Positions 57,014 to 57,433 of a stretch of DNA of 57,433 nucleotides are shown here, piece after piece. Under the pieces are notes generated by a model. It was not told where the DNA came from and did no database searches. It worked only from the letters and a program-made list of their open reading frames with translations. Origin of the DNA: an uncultured bacterium (GTDB lineage: Bacteria; Verrucomicrobiota; Verrucomicrobiia; Limisphaerales; JACDHS01); contig CBHTTJ010000003.1 of assembly GCA_966095605.1 (NCBI GenBank), positions 1 to 57,433 on the forward strand. The letters run 5' to 3'. Each line of letters starts with the position of its first letter. Positions within the stretch are counted from its first letter, which is position 1. The position numbers were made by a program, and so were the translations under genes.

Positions 57014-57433
57014 AAAGTTTTTGCTGATTCAGTACTTACGATTAATAACATCAATGCAAGTTGCGTAAACTGTGCGTCTGCAAGCACAGAACAAACGTCG
57101 AACACTGCTTTGACGCTAAATTATTGCGCATGGCGTAAGCCACTAAAAATGACCGACCCAGTCAGGTCGTTGCAAGAAAAATATACGGGGAAACCACGAA
57201 TACCTTCTCAGATGTTGGTCAGCCTTCCACGGATTTTGTCCTTTTAAGATGTTCTCTTCCTCAACGGCGCCGGAATTCCTTTTTTAACTTGGGTCCAAGA
57301 GATTCGCTCGCGAGGTGGATCGTCGAGTTTTGTTGAGAGTTCTCAGGGGTTCGAACTTTTCTCTTTTGTCTCCTGATTTTTGACTCGGGACGACCAATTT
57401 AACGAAAAAAATGTCCGCTCGAACGTTCCGGGG

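Noticed and set aside
57014-57433. Terminal 420 bp searched for an RNA gene or CDS
   Set aside because: No tRNA fold, convincing ORF or recognisable motif; probably an upstream regulatory region cut by the window edge.

Overview
Gene-dense bacterial chromosomal window of moderate GC. Gene content suggests a PVC-superphylum organism, probably Verrucomicrobiota (inference: PVC-type CxxCH dehydrogenase, prepilin/H-X9-DG protein, HEWGTFT protein). Main blocks: housekeeping and envelope genes (waaA, pgsA, M20 peptidase, AsmA, deaD); a complete Wsp-type chemosensory operon whose WspR slot holds a WspR-like receiver fused to a hybrid histidine kinase instead of GGDEF; a lower-GC two-gene unit (metallophosphoesterase/TIR-like/EgtD-like methyltransferase fusion plus a DMT-like membrane protein); and an alternative complex III operon (actA-G) extended by a CcoN homologue lacking all six metal-ligand histidines, a CcoO and a cytochrome c, preceded by a Rex-like box. 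The most unexplained structure is non-coding: two intergenic arrays of different sequence (about 188-654 and 12688-13470) share one architecture, with two short palindromes alternating in a 41-42 bp period and individual units flipping orientation. Also a terminator/antiterminator leader with a uORF (5631-5806) and a REP-like hairpin. No tRNA, rRNA, canonical CRISPR array, cas gene, transposase or integrase was recognised. All calls are by-eye motif recognition; no searches were run.
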